Origin: Myxococcota bacterium
GTDB lineage: Bacteria; Myxococcota_A; UBA9160; UBA4427
DNA length: 64,000 bases
Assembly: GCA_041690055.1 (NCBI GenBank)
Contig: JBDNFB010000227.1
Span: 73,285 to 137,284 of the forward strand
Direction: 5' to 3'
Of the stretch, positions 8,852 through 18,559 are shown piece by piece; the first letter of the stretch is position 1, and each line of letters opens with the position of its first letter. Position numbers and translations under genes: made by a program. Below the pieces are notes generated by a model. The model did not search any database. It was given only the letters and a program-made list of their open reading frames with translations, and was not told where the DNA came from.

Positions 8852-11800
8852 GTGAGCGCCGAGATCAAGCCAGGTTCAGAGAGTCCGAAGCGGCGGCGAA
8901 CGCCGAACCGCGGCGATACGCCCTTTGACCGTCTCCTGAAGAGCGCCCGCAAGGGCGAGGGGCTCGCTCGGCTCACGGGTTTGCGCGGCGCGGCAGGTCG
9001 CGTGGCGGCAAGCCATTTGATCCGCGCTCATGGGGATCGGCCTGTCCTCTATCTGACCCCGCATTCGCGCTCCGCCGACGCGGCCATTTTGGCGCTCCGC
9101 GGCCTGCTCGGGGAACGACCCGACGCCTCTCGCATCCGGCCCTTCCCGCGTCATGACACCCTGCCCTTCGACCGTTTCTCGCCCCAGCCCTTCCTGATCG
9201 GCCAGCGTATGGAAGTGCTCCATCGCCTCGCCGAACTCGGCGCGGGCACCGCGCTCGATGGCGAGGTCGTTCCGATCATCGTCGCCCCGCTCTCCGCCCT
9301 CGCACTCCGCGTCCCCTCGCGAAAGCTGCTCCGAGAATCGACGGCCCGCGTCTCGGTCGGCGAATCCCTCGACCGCGACGAACTGAGTGCCAAGCTCGTT
9401 CGCCTCGGATACCAGCGCATGGCCCTCGTCGAAGAACCGGGCGAGCTCGCCGTGCGCGGTGATATCGTCGACGTGTTCCCGCCGCAGCTGCCCAACCCTT
9501 TGCGCATTGAACTCTGGGGCGACGAGGTCGACTCGATCCGCAGCTTCGATCCCGCGAGCCAGCGCTCCCAGGAAAAATCGGCCACCGCGCTCTTCCCGCC
9601 GCCCCGGGAATTCCTTTTCGATCGCGACGCAGTCATTGAGCGTGACGCGACCATCCGCGCCCAGGCCAAAGCCGCTGGCGTGCCCGTCGGGGAAGTCGAT
9701 GCCTTCATTGACTCCCTACTGCGCGGATCTGTGCCAGCGGGCGGGGAAAGCCTCGCGCCCTTGGTTCATGATGAACACGAAGGCTTCTTCGATTATTTGC
9801 CCGCGAACACGTTAGTTCTTGTAGAGGAGCCAGAGGAAGGCGTTGCCCGACTAAAGCAAATTTTTCGGGAGATCGAATCGAACCATGAGGCCGCGCGGAG
9901 CGAGCGCCTCACGGTGCCGATCGATGCCCTTCTTCTTCAGCCTGAAGAAATCGGCGCCGAGATCGGGAAGCGCGAGCACGTTCATCTTGAGCGGCTCGAC
10001 ATCATCGAATCGAGCGCCGAAAAAGGCCGCGTCCTCATCGAGACTGAAACCCAGGACGAGCTTCAGCGCGAACTGGTCAAGACACGCAGCCATGAACGGG
10101 CGCTCGGGCCGCTCGTGGCGCAATGCAACGCATGGCTCGCTGATCGCTGGCGCGTGATCATTGCGTGTAGCTCACTCTCGAGCGCCGAACGTTTGCGATC
10201 CCTGCTCGCGGAGTACGGGCTCGACGGCAAGGTTGCGACTGACCCGCGGCCGGTCTGGCATTGGTCGCTCCCCGGCCACCTCGAATTTCGCGTCGTCGAT
10301 TTATCAGAAGGTTTTGTCTGGGCGAAGCAAGCGCTCGCCATCGTCACCGACGAAGAAGTTTTCGGCGTCCGCGACCGGCGCAAGAACCGAACAGGATGGC
10401 GCGAAGGCCAAAAGCTCGATGGCATTGCCCAGCTCGCGCCAGGCGATTTCCTCGTCCACGCCGACCACGGAATCGGCATCTACCGCGGGCTGATGGAACT
10501 CGCTGCAGGCGGTTCCGCAGCCGAACTTCTGGCCATCGAGTACCTGGGCGGCGACAAACTCTTCCTCCCCGTCGACCGACTCTCCCGCGTCCAGCGCTAC
10601 GGCGCGGCGGACGGGGTTCAGCCGCGCATCGACAAGCTCGGCGGCGACACCTGGGAAAGGACCAAGAGCAAGGTCAAGGCGAGTCTGCGCAATATGGCGG
10701 GCGAACTTCTCTCCCTCCACGCCGCCCGAGAACTCGCGCCGGGCTTTGGGTTTTCCGCGCGTGATTCCGCGCTGGAAGAATTTGAAGGCGCCTTTCCCTT
10801 CGAAGAAACCCCGGACCAGATGTCCGCGATCGATGATGTCTTAATGGATATGCATGAGCCAAAACCGATGGATCGCCTCGTCTGTGGCGATGTCGGCTAT
10901 GGCAAGACCGAAGTCGCCATCCGCGCCGCCTTCCGCGCCGCGCAGGACGGCAAGCAGGTCGTTGTGCTCACCCCGACTACAGTTCTGTGTCAGCAGCATT
11001 TCGAGAATTTCCAGGAGCGCTACAAGGACCATCCGATTCGCGTTGATATGCTGTCTCGGTTCAATACGCCGAAGGAATCCCGCGCAACGCTTGAAGGCCT
11101 TGCCACAGGCCAAGTCGATATCGTCATCGCAACGCATCGCATCCTGCAGAAGAACATCCAGTTCAAGGACCTCGGCCTCTTGATCGTCGACGAGGAGCAG
11201 CGCTTCGGCGTCGCAGATAAGGAGCGCGTCAAGAAGCTGAAGAAAACCGTCGACGTGTTGACGCTGACGGCGACGCCGATCCCGCGGACGCTGCAAATGG
11301 CGTTTACGGGTATTCGCGATCTCTCTGTCATCGAAACACCTCCCGTCGATCGGCTCGCGATTCGCACGCAGGTTTGCAAGTTCGACGAGGGTTTGATTCG
11401 CGAAGCGGTGCTCCGTGAGATCCGCCGCGGCGGTCAGATCTTTTTCCTGCATAACCGCGTACGGACCATCGATGCGATGCAAGAGATGCTTGAGCGGATC
11501 CTGCCCGAAGTAAAGATTATGGTTGCGCATGGTCAAATGAAAGAGCGCATCCTCGAAGACCGCATCCATTCGTTCATGCGTAGGGAAGCAGATCTCTTGC
11601 TCTGCACCACGATCATCGAGAGCGGCATTGATATGCCGAACGTGAATACGATTATCGTCAACCGAGCAGACGCACTCGGACTCGCCCAGCTCTACCAGCT
11701 ACGCGGGCGCGTCGGACGCAGCACTCGGCGCGCCTACGCCTATCTGCTCGTCCCCACTCAGGTGGGCTCGCTCTCTGCCGATGCGCAAAAGCGGCTTGAG

Positions 11801-12436
11801 GCGATCCAAGACCTCTCCGAACTCGGCGCAGGTTTCCGACTCGCGAATCTCGATCTTGAGATTCGCGGTGCGGGAGACTTATTAGGCGGAGAGCAATCCG
11901 GAAATCTCCGCTCAGTCGGCTATGAGAGCTATATGGAGATGCTGGAAGAAACGATGGACGAGCTCCGCGGCCAGGCACACGAAGAATGGCTCGATCCGGA
12001 AATCAAGTTGCCCGTTGTCGGCCGCCTGCCCGACGATTACGTCTCGGATGTAAGCCAACGTCTTGTGCTCTACAAGCGGTTGTCGAGCGCACGGGACGAG
12101 AACGAAGTTGCGCTCATCCGTGATGAATTGATGGATCGCTTCGGGAGACTGCCACGCGAGGCGGAGAACTTGGTTGAAGTGATTCGCCTGAAGATCCTCG
12201 CACGCCGGATTGGCATCGTACGGATCGAGACCCAGCGCGGAGAACTCGTGCTGCAGGTTGCGGCGAAGAGCCAGATTGATCCGGATCGGCTCGTGCAATT
12301 GCTGAGTCACGCGCGGTCGGATCTGCGCGTCACGCCTGATCAAAGGCTAGTCGCGAAAGCGCCGGGACCGGAAGGCGGACCGGAAGCGCTTTTCGAAGCG
12401 ACACGCACGCTGCTCAAGAAATTGTCCGGCTTCTAG
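8852..12436 (+). CDS. mfd: transcription-repair coupling factor
   Basis: 1194 aa with CGDVGYGKTEVA (Walker A), LLIVDEEQRFG, LTLTATPIPRTL, GQIFFLHNRV and QLRGRVGRS. GTG start is uncertain. Confidence 0.95.
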   Translation: MSAEIKPGSESPKRRRTPNRGDTPFDRLLKSARKGEGLARLTGLRGAAGRVAASHLIRAHGDRPVLYLTPHSRSADAAILALRGLLGERPDASRIRPFPRHDTLPFDRFSPQPFLIGQRMEVLHRLAELGAGTALDGEVVPIIVAPLSALALRVPSRKLLRESTARVSVGESLDRDELSAKLVRLGYQRMALVEEPGELAVRGDIVDVFPPQLPNPLRIELWGDEVDSIRSFDPASQRSQEKSATALFPPPREFLFDRDAVIERDATIRAQAKAAGVPVGEVDAFIDSLLRGSVPAGGESLAPLVHDEHEGFFDYLPANTLVLVEEPEEGVARLKQIFREIESNHEAARSERLTVPIDALLLQPEEIGAEIGKREHVHLERLDIIESSAEKGRVLIETETQDELQRELVKTRSHERALGPLVAQCNAWLADRWRVIIACSSLSSAERLRSLLAEYGLDGKVATDPRPVWHWSLPGHLEFRVVDLSEGFVWAKQALAIVTDEEVFGVRDRRKNRTGWREGQKLDGIAQLAPGDFLVHADHGIGIYRGLMELAAGGSAAELLAIEYLGGDKLFLPVDRLSRVQRYGAADGVQPRIDKLGGDTWERTKSKVKASLRNMAGELLSLHAARELAPGFGFSARDSALEEFEGAFPFEETPDQMSAIDDVLMDMHEPKPMDRLVCGDVGYGKTEVAIRAAFRAAQDGKQVVVLTPTTVLCQQHFENFQERYKDHPIRVDMLSRFNTPKESRATLEGLATGQVDIVIATHRILQKNIQFKDLGLLIVDEEQRFGVADKERVKKLKKTVDVLTLTATPIPRTLQMAFTGIRDLSVIETPPVDRLAIRTQVCKFDEGLIREAVLREIRRGGQIFFLHNRVRTIDAMQEMLERILPEVKIMVAHGQMKERILEDRIHSFMRREADLLLCTTIIESGIDMPNVNTIIVNRADALGLAQLYQLRGRVGRSTRRAYAYLLVPTQVGSLSADAQKRLEAIQDLSELGAGFRLANLDLEIRGAGDLLGGEQSGNLRSVGYESYMEMLEETMDELRGQAHEEWLDPEIKLPVVGRLPDDYVSDVSQRLVLYKRLSSARDENEVALIRDELMDRFGRLPREAENLVEVIRLKILARRIGIVRIETQRGELVLQVAAKSQIDPDRLVQLLSHARSDLRVTPDQRLVAKAPGPEGGPEALFEATRTLLKKLSGF

Positions 12437-12496
12437 CCAGCCAGGGCGGATTCGGCGGGCAGGGGGATTCGGCATTCTTTTCGCGTCGCGCGCTAG

Positions 12497-13224
12497 CTTT
12501 CCCTGCACGCCGCCGGAATTCGTCGGCCACCCGAGAAACGCTTTGCGATCTTGTCGCGCGCGCGGTCGAGCTCGACCATGCTGGCATCGCTGCTCAACAA
12601 CCTGCCGAACGTCCACTGCGACGGGGAGATCTTGAGTCGCGCCCTACCCTTTCCCGAGTGCTAGATCCATGCACGCAGCGCGGCAAAACCTTGTGAGGCG
12701 TATGGCTTCAAGGTCCTGAGGGGCCAGGTCCGGGCGATTCAGCGCTTTAAGGATCCGGAGAACCTTATTCGGCGCCTTCACGTCGACGGCTTCTCAATCG
12801 TTCATTTCATGAGGCAGGACACCCCGGCAGCAGCAGTGTCGATCATCCGTGCGTTTCCGCTTCAGCTTCCAAGAGCGCACGTCGCAGACGAACACGGACC
12901 CATCGCGAGCCGATCCAGATCGACTTCGATGAATTGAGCCGCCGTTTCGAACGCATCGACTTACATTCACGCTTCGCCTCGACGCTCTTGGAGAGCGTGC
13001 CTCATATCGACATCAGCTACGAAACAGACCTTGAGAACAACGCCCAGCATCAAGCAACGACGAATCGGCTTTGCCAGGCTCTCGGAATTCCGTCGGGTCC
13101 GGTCGAGAGCGTCTTTACGAAATTGGCGACGCGACCTTTGCGTGAATCCGTACTGAACTTCGAGGAACTCGACGAGCGAATGCGCGAGACGAAATGGGCC
13201 GCGCTTTTCGAGTCCCATCGCTAA
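12497..13224 (+). pseudogene. decayed sulfotransferase gene (at least 3 frame segments)
   Basis: Segment 1 (12497-12664): ...RFAILSRARSSSTMLASLLNNLPNVHCDGEIL...EC*, with no start codon. Segment 2 in another frame: AYGFKVLRGQVRAIQRFKDPENLIRRLHVDGFSIVHFMRQD.... Segment 3 (track ORF 12934-13224): ...ISYETDLENNAQHQATTNRLCQALGIPSGP.... Confidence 0.6.
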
Positions 13225-13269
13225 AAACTTCGTCTGTCCGGTCTTTTGCGCCCCACATTCAGGACCGCC

Positions 13270-13314
13270 ATCAGCCGTCATTAGCCGTTAGCCGTTAGCC
13301 AGCAGCCATCAGCG
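13270..13314. repeat. imperfect heptamer tandem repeat (GTTAGCC-like, about 6 units)
   Basis: ATCAGCC GTCATTAGCC GTTAGCC GTTAGCC AGCAGCC ATCAGCG. Overlaps the TetR stop codon. Confidence 0.8.
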
Positions 13315-13911
13315 CCCTGGAGCCGCGACCGCTGCGGCGAGTGCGGGATGCAGAATGGTCAGCGTCTGAATCAACTGATCCTTGGGTGCGCGGTTGGGAT
13401 TCTCAATCCACCAGAGCAGGGTGCCCACTTCCATCGAGTGGTACGCGCGCGCGGCGAGCTCGGCGTCAAAGTCTTTGGGAAGGACGCCGCGGCGCTGAAG
13501 TCGCTCAAGTCCTTGGGCAGTGGGGCGAATCGACTCGGACATCACGGGGCCATGATGCGCCGTGCCTGGACGCTCTCGGGCAAAGGTCACTCGGTACGCC
13601 TCTGGATGTCTTTCCGCAAAAGTCACGACGGCAGAGACCGTCGCTTCGACCTGAGCTTTCGGATCGGCTCGCGTTCCTTGCAATGCGGCCGTTCGCGCGG
13701 CTCGAATTCCGCTCAGGGTCCGAAGCTGGACTTCACGCAGTAGGGCGTACTTGTCCTCGAAATGTGCATAGAAAGTTCCGATCCCCACACCTGCCCGGCG
13801 GGCGATCGAATTCGTATTGACCCGCTCCGCCCCGTCTCGGGCGAAGAGACTGAGCCCGGATGCGAGAAGTCGACCTTCGGCATCTTCGATTTTGGGGCGA
13901 GGCATTCGCAT
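13309..13911 (-). CDS. TetR/AcrR family transcriptional regulator
   Basis: N-terminal HTH LLASGLSLFARDGAERVNTNSIARRAGVGIGTFYAHFEDKYALL. Confidence 0.9.
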   Translation of the reverse strand: MRMPRPKIEDAEGRLLASGLSLFARDGAERVNTNSIARRAGVGIGTFYAHFEDKYALLREVQLRTLSGIRAARTAALQGTRADPKAQVEATVSAVVTFAERHPEAYRVTFARERPGTAHHGPVMSESIRPTAQGLERLQRRGVLPKDFDAELAARAYHSMEVGTLLWWIENPNRAPKDQLIQTLTILHPALAAAVAAPGR

Positions 13912-13919
13912 ATTCTTTC

Positions 13920-13929
13920 AGATATATCT
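13920..13929. promoter_or_regulatory. perfect 10-bp palindrome AGATATATCT, candidate TetR operator
   Basis: Lies 9 nt upstream of the TetR ATG, in an AT-rich divergent region. No functional evidence. Confidence 0.25.
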
Positions 13930-14278
13930 ATCTAAAACAATTCTCAATCTCACCAAATTGACTTCGTTACATTTTGCCCACATGCCACATCGAAACAAAG
14001 ACGAATATTCCATTCTGATTGATCCATCAAGTACGGCTTCAAACCGGTTCGCTCAACCGGAAGGCCGCATTTATCGAATGGGTCCTGCCATGTTCAGCCC
14101 AAAGATTCCTTCCCCCTGCACCGAAATTGCAAAGCCTTTGCGCACTTTCTGCCGATATGGGAGGGACCGAAGCGTCGCCCGAGACTCATCTCGCCGGCGC
14201 CGGAGGGGCTCAATCGACCGCTCCAATCGCCTCCGACACCGCTCGGAAGGCGAGAAATCGAAAGTTCGGGGACCAGAG

Positions 14279-15091
14279 TTGGGAAAAACGATCGGAATCA
14301 TCCAAGCGCGCATGGGATCAGAGCGCCTGCCGGGCAAAATCCTCGCGCCGCTGGCCGGACGCCCGATGCTGGCGCATCTCGCCACCCGGATCCGACCCGC
14401 CCGAGTCGACGAATGGTGGCTGGGCACAACCGCGGAGCCCGCAGATGACGTGACCGAGGCCTGGGGCTTTGAGCTCGGGCTGCGTGTCTTCCGAGGCGAG
14501 ACCAAGAACGTTCTGTCCCGGTTTATCGCCATAGGGCAGGAAACGGATGCCGAATGGATCGTCCGCGTCACCGCCGACAATCCCTTCCATGATCCAGCCG
14601 TCATCGACACTTTGATTGACGCGCGGGACGCCAGCGAAGAGGCCAAAGCGGCGGATCTCCTGCAGCTGCGAGGGGGTGTGCCTGTGGAGACGCTGACCGA
14701 TAGCGACGGGCCCGAGCATGTGCTCAGTCCACGCCTCCCGATTGGCTACGGCGTTGAAATGGTTCGCCGTAGCGCCCTCGAACGCGCGGGTGAAGAAATT
14801 CCGAAAGACCAGTTTCATCATCGCGTGCATGTCACGAGTTGGCTCTCTTCTGGCGCTGCGAAGGCGCTGGTACATCACGTGCCCACGCCGACCCATTGGC
14901 CCGACCGGCCCGATTGGCGCTGGACTGTCGATACCTACGAAGACCTCGCCATGGCGCGCAGCGCATTCCGCGCCTTCGGCGCCGATGCGGCCTCGATCAA
15001 CTACCCGCAGATGGTCGCGCAGCTCGACGCGCATCCGGAAATCTCTGACATGAATGGGCATATCGTGCAAAAGCGGCTGGAAGAGGGATGA
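14279..15091 (+). CDS. cytidylyltransferase-like protein (SpsF / acylneuraminate cytidylyltransferase family)
   Basis: LGKTIGIIQARMGSERLPGKILAPLAGRPML. The conserved N-terminus begins at TTG 14279. The track's extension back to 13817 crosses the TetR gene and AT-rich promoter DNA. Confidence 0.72.
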   Translation: MGKTIGIIQARMGSERLPGKILAPLAGRPMLAHLATRIRPARVDEWWLGTTAEPADDVTEAWGFELGLRVFRGETKNVLSRFIAIGQETDAEWIVRVTADNPFHDPAVIDTLIDARDASEEAKAADLLQLRGGVPVETLTDSDGPEHVLSPRLPIGYGVEMVRRSALERAGEEIPKDQFHHRVHVTSWLSSGAAKALVHHVPTPTHWPDRPDWRWTVDTYEDLAMARSAFRAFGADAASINYPQMVAQLDAHPEISDMNGHIVQKRLEEG

Positions 15092-15894
15092 GCATTCTTC
15101 CCTCACTCCTTGCGTCCGACGCGTTAGCTGGACAAGGCATCGCTGTAAGCGGTGGCGGAACGCATCTCGGTCGCGCGATGGCTCTCGGCCTTGCCGAAGC
15201 GGGTGCGACGGTCTTGATCTTCGGGCGGCGCGCAGACCCGCTTGACGAAACCGCTTTCCTCGCGCGCGATCTTCCGGGACGTATTATTCCCGAGATCGCG
15301 GATCAACATCTCGACGAAGATCTCGAGCGCGTGCTCGACCGACTCGAAAAAGAAGCCGGCCAAGTGAACGGCTGGGTGAATAACGCGGTCGCCTGTCGAA
15401 GCACAAAGCTCATGAATCTGGATCGTAGTGCGGTCGAAGACACCGTCGAGAGTGCGCTCTCGGACCTCATCCTCGCCACCGAAGCGGCAGCCAAGCGTAT
15501 GAAGGCGGCGGGGCAGGGCGGTTCAATCGTGAACATCGCCTCGATGTACGGAATTGTTTCACCACAGCCTAACACCTACCGTCGACATCCCGAGTTTCAC
15601 AATCCGCCGGCCTACGGTGCCGCAAAAGCCGGAGTGATCGAATTCAGTCGCTACGCGGCCTGTCACCTCGGTTTAGAGAATATCCGCGTGAACTCCGTGA
15701 GTCCCGGACCCTTTCCGACAGACGACGTGCAGCGCGAAACAACATTCGTGGAAGAACTTGAAAATCGGGTGCCACTCGGCCGCATAGGGCAAGCGCCTGA
15801 GCTCGCTGGGCCCGTTGCGTTCCTGCTTTCACCGCTCTCGAGTTTCGTGACGGGACATAACCTCGTCGTCGACGGAGGATGGACTGCTTGGTAA
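15088..15894 (+). CDS. short-chain dehydrogenase/reductase (SDR)
   Basis: GIAVSGGGTHLGRAMA (TGxxxGxG-like), NNAV and YGAAKAG (YxxxK). ATGA overlap with the upstream gene. Confidence 0.9.
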   Translation: MSILPSLLASDALAGQGIAVSGGGTHLGRAMALGLAEAGATVLIFGRRADPLDETAFLARDLPGRIIPEIADQHLDEDLERVLDRLEKEAGQVNGWVNNAVACRSTKLMNLDRSAVEDTVESALSDLILATEAAAKRMKAAGQGGSIVNIASMYGIVSPQPNTYRRHPEFHNPPAYGAAKAGVIEFSRYAACHLGLENIRVNSVSPGPFPTDDVQRETTFVEELENRVPLGRIGQAPELAGPVAFLLSPLSSFVTGHNLVVDGGWTAW

Positions 15895-15896
15895 GA

Positions 15897-16928
15897 ATGG
15901 ATCTCTCCACATGGCACGATATGCGTACCCGTGACCCTCGAAGGTTGACCCTCGGCAGCGCGCAATGGGGCATGCCGTACGGCATCGCCAACCGAAGTGG
16001 ACCGCCGAGCGGGAACGAACTCGTTGCTATGCTCGAACGAGCGCAAGCGGCGGGCGTAGGCACGATTGATACAGCGCGCGCGTATGGCGAAAGCGAAGTT
16101 TCGATCGGGCGCGCGCTGCGCGGCCAATTTTTTCAAGAAGCGGGGCAGGGCTTTCGCATCGTGACGAAGCTCGACCCTTCGGTGCATACGCCCGGCCTAG
16201 ACATCCTCGAAACCTTTGATCGCGTGAACGCCAGCCTGATGCGGAGTCGCGAGGCCCTCGGCCTCGACGTGCTGCCCACGGTTCTGTTGCACCGCTTCGC
16301 CCATCGTCACGCCTGCGGCGGCAAGCTCTGGCGCCTGCTCCTGACCGAACGCGACGCGGGCCGAATCGGCGCGCTCGGCATTTCGGCGGCCACGCCCGAA
16401 GAGGCCTGGGCCGCGCTCGAAGATCCCGACGTGCAGGTGCTCCAGGTCGCCTCAAGCCTGCTCGATCTTCGCCTCCACAGGCAGGGATTTTTCCCGCGCG
16501 CCCGCGAACTCGGCCGCACGGTCTATGTTCGCAGCGTCTTCTTGCAAGGCGTGGCGCACCTCTCGCCCGAGACGCTGCCTCCTTTCCTGGCGGACCTGGC
16601 AGAACCGATGCGCCGCATCGAGCAATATGCACTTGAGCGAGGCGTCCCGAGCCGGGCGCTCTATCTCGCGTTTGCGCGCGAACTCCTGCCCGGCGCCCGT
16701 CCGGTGGTGGGCTGCGAGAACGAAGCTCAGCTGAGCGAATTGCTCGAAGACTGGACGAATGATGCGGTCGATGCTGGGGTTCTGGCCCCGCTGATGGACG
16801 CGCTTCCTGTCCAAGTGGCTGAAGTGGTTGATCCTTCGAAATGGCCTGCCGTCGAGAGTCCGCAAGAACAAGAAACAGGAGAAGTCGCTCACGCGAGGGC
16901 GAATGACGCAACGTCGACCCTGTTGTGA
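15897..16928 (+). CDS. aldo/keto reductase
   Basis: LTLGSAQWGMPYGIAN...GVGTIDTARAYGESEVSIGRAL. Start ambiguous (ATG 15879, 15897 or 15921); 15897 follows the SDR stop. Confidence 0.8.
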   Translation: MDLSTWHDMRTRDPRRLTLGSAQWGMPYGIANRSGPPSGNELVAMLERAQAAGVGTIDTARAYGESEVSIGRALRGQFFQEAGQGFRIVTKLDPSVHTPGLDILETFDRVNASLMRSREALGLDVLPTVLLHRFAHRHACGGKLWRLLLTERDAGRIGALGISAATPEEAWAALEDPDVQVLQVASSLLDLRLHRQGFFPRARELGRTVYVRSVFLQGVAHLSPETLPPFLADLAEPMRRIEQYALERGVPSRALYLAFARELLPGARPVVGCENEAQLSELLEDWTNDAVDAGVLAPLMDALPVQVAEVVDPSKWPAVESPQEQETGEVAHARANDATSTLL

Positions 16929-17192
16929 AGAAGGACAGCTCATTCCACTTTTGACCGGGCCGGGGCAGGCGGAGCGAGCACGCACGTCTGCGCTGAAATC
17001 CGTTTTGGGGGGCGAGCGCATGGAGGTCGAGCGGATTGAACCTTGGCCAGCGTCGCTCGACCTTTGCCTATCTAAAATGCACGCCCTGCCCAACCAACGA
17101 GCATGCCAGAGGACGAATCGCGACGAAATACACTTCAGCTCGTCGGCAGAGTGGCACGGCACTTGCGTTAGAGGTTGTCTACGGAGGAAGTT

Positions 17193-17489
17193 ATGAAGAG
17201 CCTGACCCGCATTTGTTTTATTGGTTTGTCGACGTTCACCCTGGCGATCTCAGCGCAGGCAGAGCCAAGCACAGAGGCCGCGGCCGGAGCAGAACATCCC
17301 GTCGTCCAAAGTGAGGCAGGAACGGCTGCCTGTGGACATGTGGGTGAGATACTCGCGGCTCAGGAGGCACTTCGAGCAGACGATCGCGCAGAGGCCCTTT
17401 GGCACCTCAAGAAAGCGCGCCGGATTCTTTCTCGCTGCGAGGCGCAGATTCCAGAAGAGAAGAATCGAACGGCGGCGCTGGAGATCTAA
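17193..17489 (+). CDS. small secreted hypothetical protein (98 aa)
   Basis: GGAGGAAG RBS 3 nt before ATG 17193. Signal peptide MKSLTRICFIGLSTFTLAISAQA. I recognise no family. Confidence 0.55.
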   Translation: MKSLTRICFIGLSTFTLAISAQAEPSTEAAAGAEHPVVQSEAGTAACGHVGEILAAQEALRADDRAEALWHLKKARRILSRCEAQIPEEKNRTAALEI

Positions 17490-17498
17490 AACACAATT

Positions 17499-17536
17499 GA
17501 GGCTGCCCACTTCCGGATCGGAAGAATGACAGCCTC
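17499..17536. terminator. nested stem-loop between convergent genes
   Basis: GAGGCTG (17499-17505) pairs with CAGCCTC (17530-17536). Inner hairpin CTTCCG gat CGGAAG (17510-17524). No clear U-tract. Confidence 0.4.
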
Positions 17537-17581
17537 GCCTTCGTGTCCGCTCAACTACGGACCGGTCGCTAAATCCGCGCT

Positions 17582-18262
17582 CTAGCGGTTGACCTCCTCT
17601 TCGAGGCGCTCGATGACGCTATCCAGCGCTTCGATCTCGTCCCGAATCGCGGCACGGGTGGCCATGCCAAGCTTCGGTCCGGCCCCCAGCTTTCGCTTCA
17701 TGGTTGCCAATTTCACTTGGCTTGAGCGAAGTCGGTCCTCAGGGCTCTTGCTGGAGTCAGCAATCATAATGCCCAAAAGGTCGCCAAGCGCATCCGCATC
17801 GGCTTCTTGGCCGGATTCGAGTGCAACAATCAAGGCATCGAGACGTTCGAGGTCCTCGTTGATCGCTTGGCGATGCCGAGCGCCAATCTTCGGCCCCACA
17901 GCGAGTCTTCGCTCATTCACCGCTTGCTGCGACGCGGCGCGCTGCGCGAGCTCTACCGGAGTAAGCCGGGCCGATTGCCCGCCCCCGAGCAGAGCGGCGA
18001 TTCTCTGCTCATCGACTTCGCCACCGGCTTCCAGATGAGCAATTTCAGCCTTGATGACCCTGACTTGATTGCGAAGTTTAGAGATGGTCGCGACTCCCTT
18101 CTTCTCGGGTCGCCGGACTTCATTTCTGATCCCGTCTGCGCGGGATTCGAGCTGGGAGATTGCTCCCTCTGCTCTGCTACTGCCGGCAAGGGCCGGTAGC
18201 GAGAAACCGACGGCGAGGAACAACGCGATTGCAGATGCGAACAGCCGATTCTTCATGGACAT
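17582..18262 (-). CDS. secreted coiled-coil hypothetical protein with internal duplication
   Basis: Signal peptide MKNRLFASAIALFLAVGFSLPALA. Repeated modules RRLAVGPKIGARHRQAINEDLERLDALIVALESG and RKLGAGPKLGMATRAAIRDEIEALDSVIERLEEE. Confidence 0.62.
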   Translation of the reverse strand: MSMKNRLFASAIALFLAVGFSLPALAGSSRAEGAISQLESRADGIRNEVRRPEKKGVATISKLRNQVRVIKAEIAHLEAGGEVDEQRIAALLGGGQSARLTPVELAQRAASQQAVNERRLAVGPKIGARHRQAINEDLERLDALIVALESGQEADADALGDLLGIMIADSSKSPEDRLRSSQVKLATMKRKLGAGPKLGMATRAAIRDEIEALDSVIERLEEEVNR

Positions 18263-18374
18263 TTCTTCTTACCTTTCGTTTATCGGGCGCTCTTTGGAAA
18301 CTTTTTAATTCGTACCATTTGTGTCCTGTACACACATCGGCCCACATCGCACCGCTGTCAATTAGAAAGTTTCG

Positions 18375-18393
18375 TATTTTGATATTCAAAATA
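18375..18393. promoter_or_regulatory. inverted repeat TATTTTGA-tat-TCAAAATA in an AT-rich divergent promoter region
   Basis: 8-bp arms read directly. Lies between the 17582-18262 gene (-) and the SurA-like gene (+). Confidence 0.3.
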
Positions 18394-18559
18394 TCGATAC
18401 AAACAAGACTGCGGCCTGCGGCTCTTATATCGATCGCGATCCCCCTCTCCGGCGGCGAAAAGTAAGGATCTCCGCGTGAACCGGACGCAGGCGGGGAGCG
18501 TCGCTAAGATCACAATCTGAAACGCGTCTTTCGGGTCGCGCTTCCCGGAGGTCTCCGTC

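Noticed and set aside
13817-14278. N-terminal 154 codons of the track ORF 13817-15091.
   Set aside because: The extension overlaps the TetR gene on the other strand and runs through AT-rich promoter DNA. The conserved cytidylyltransferase N-terminus (IGIIQARMGSERLPGK) begins only at about 14279.
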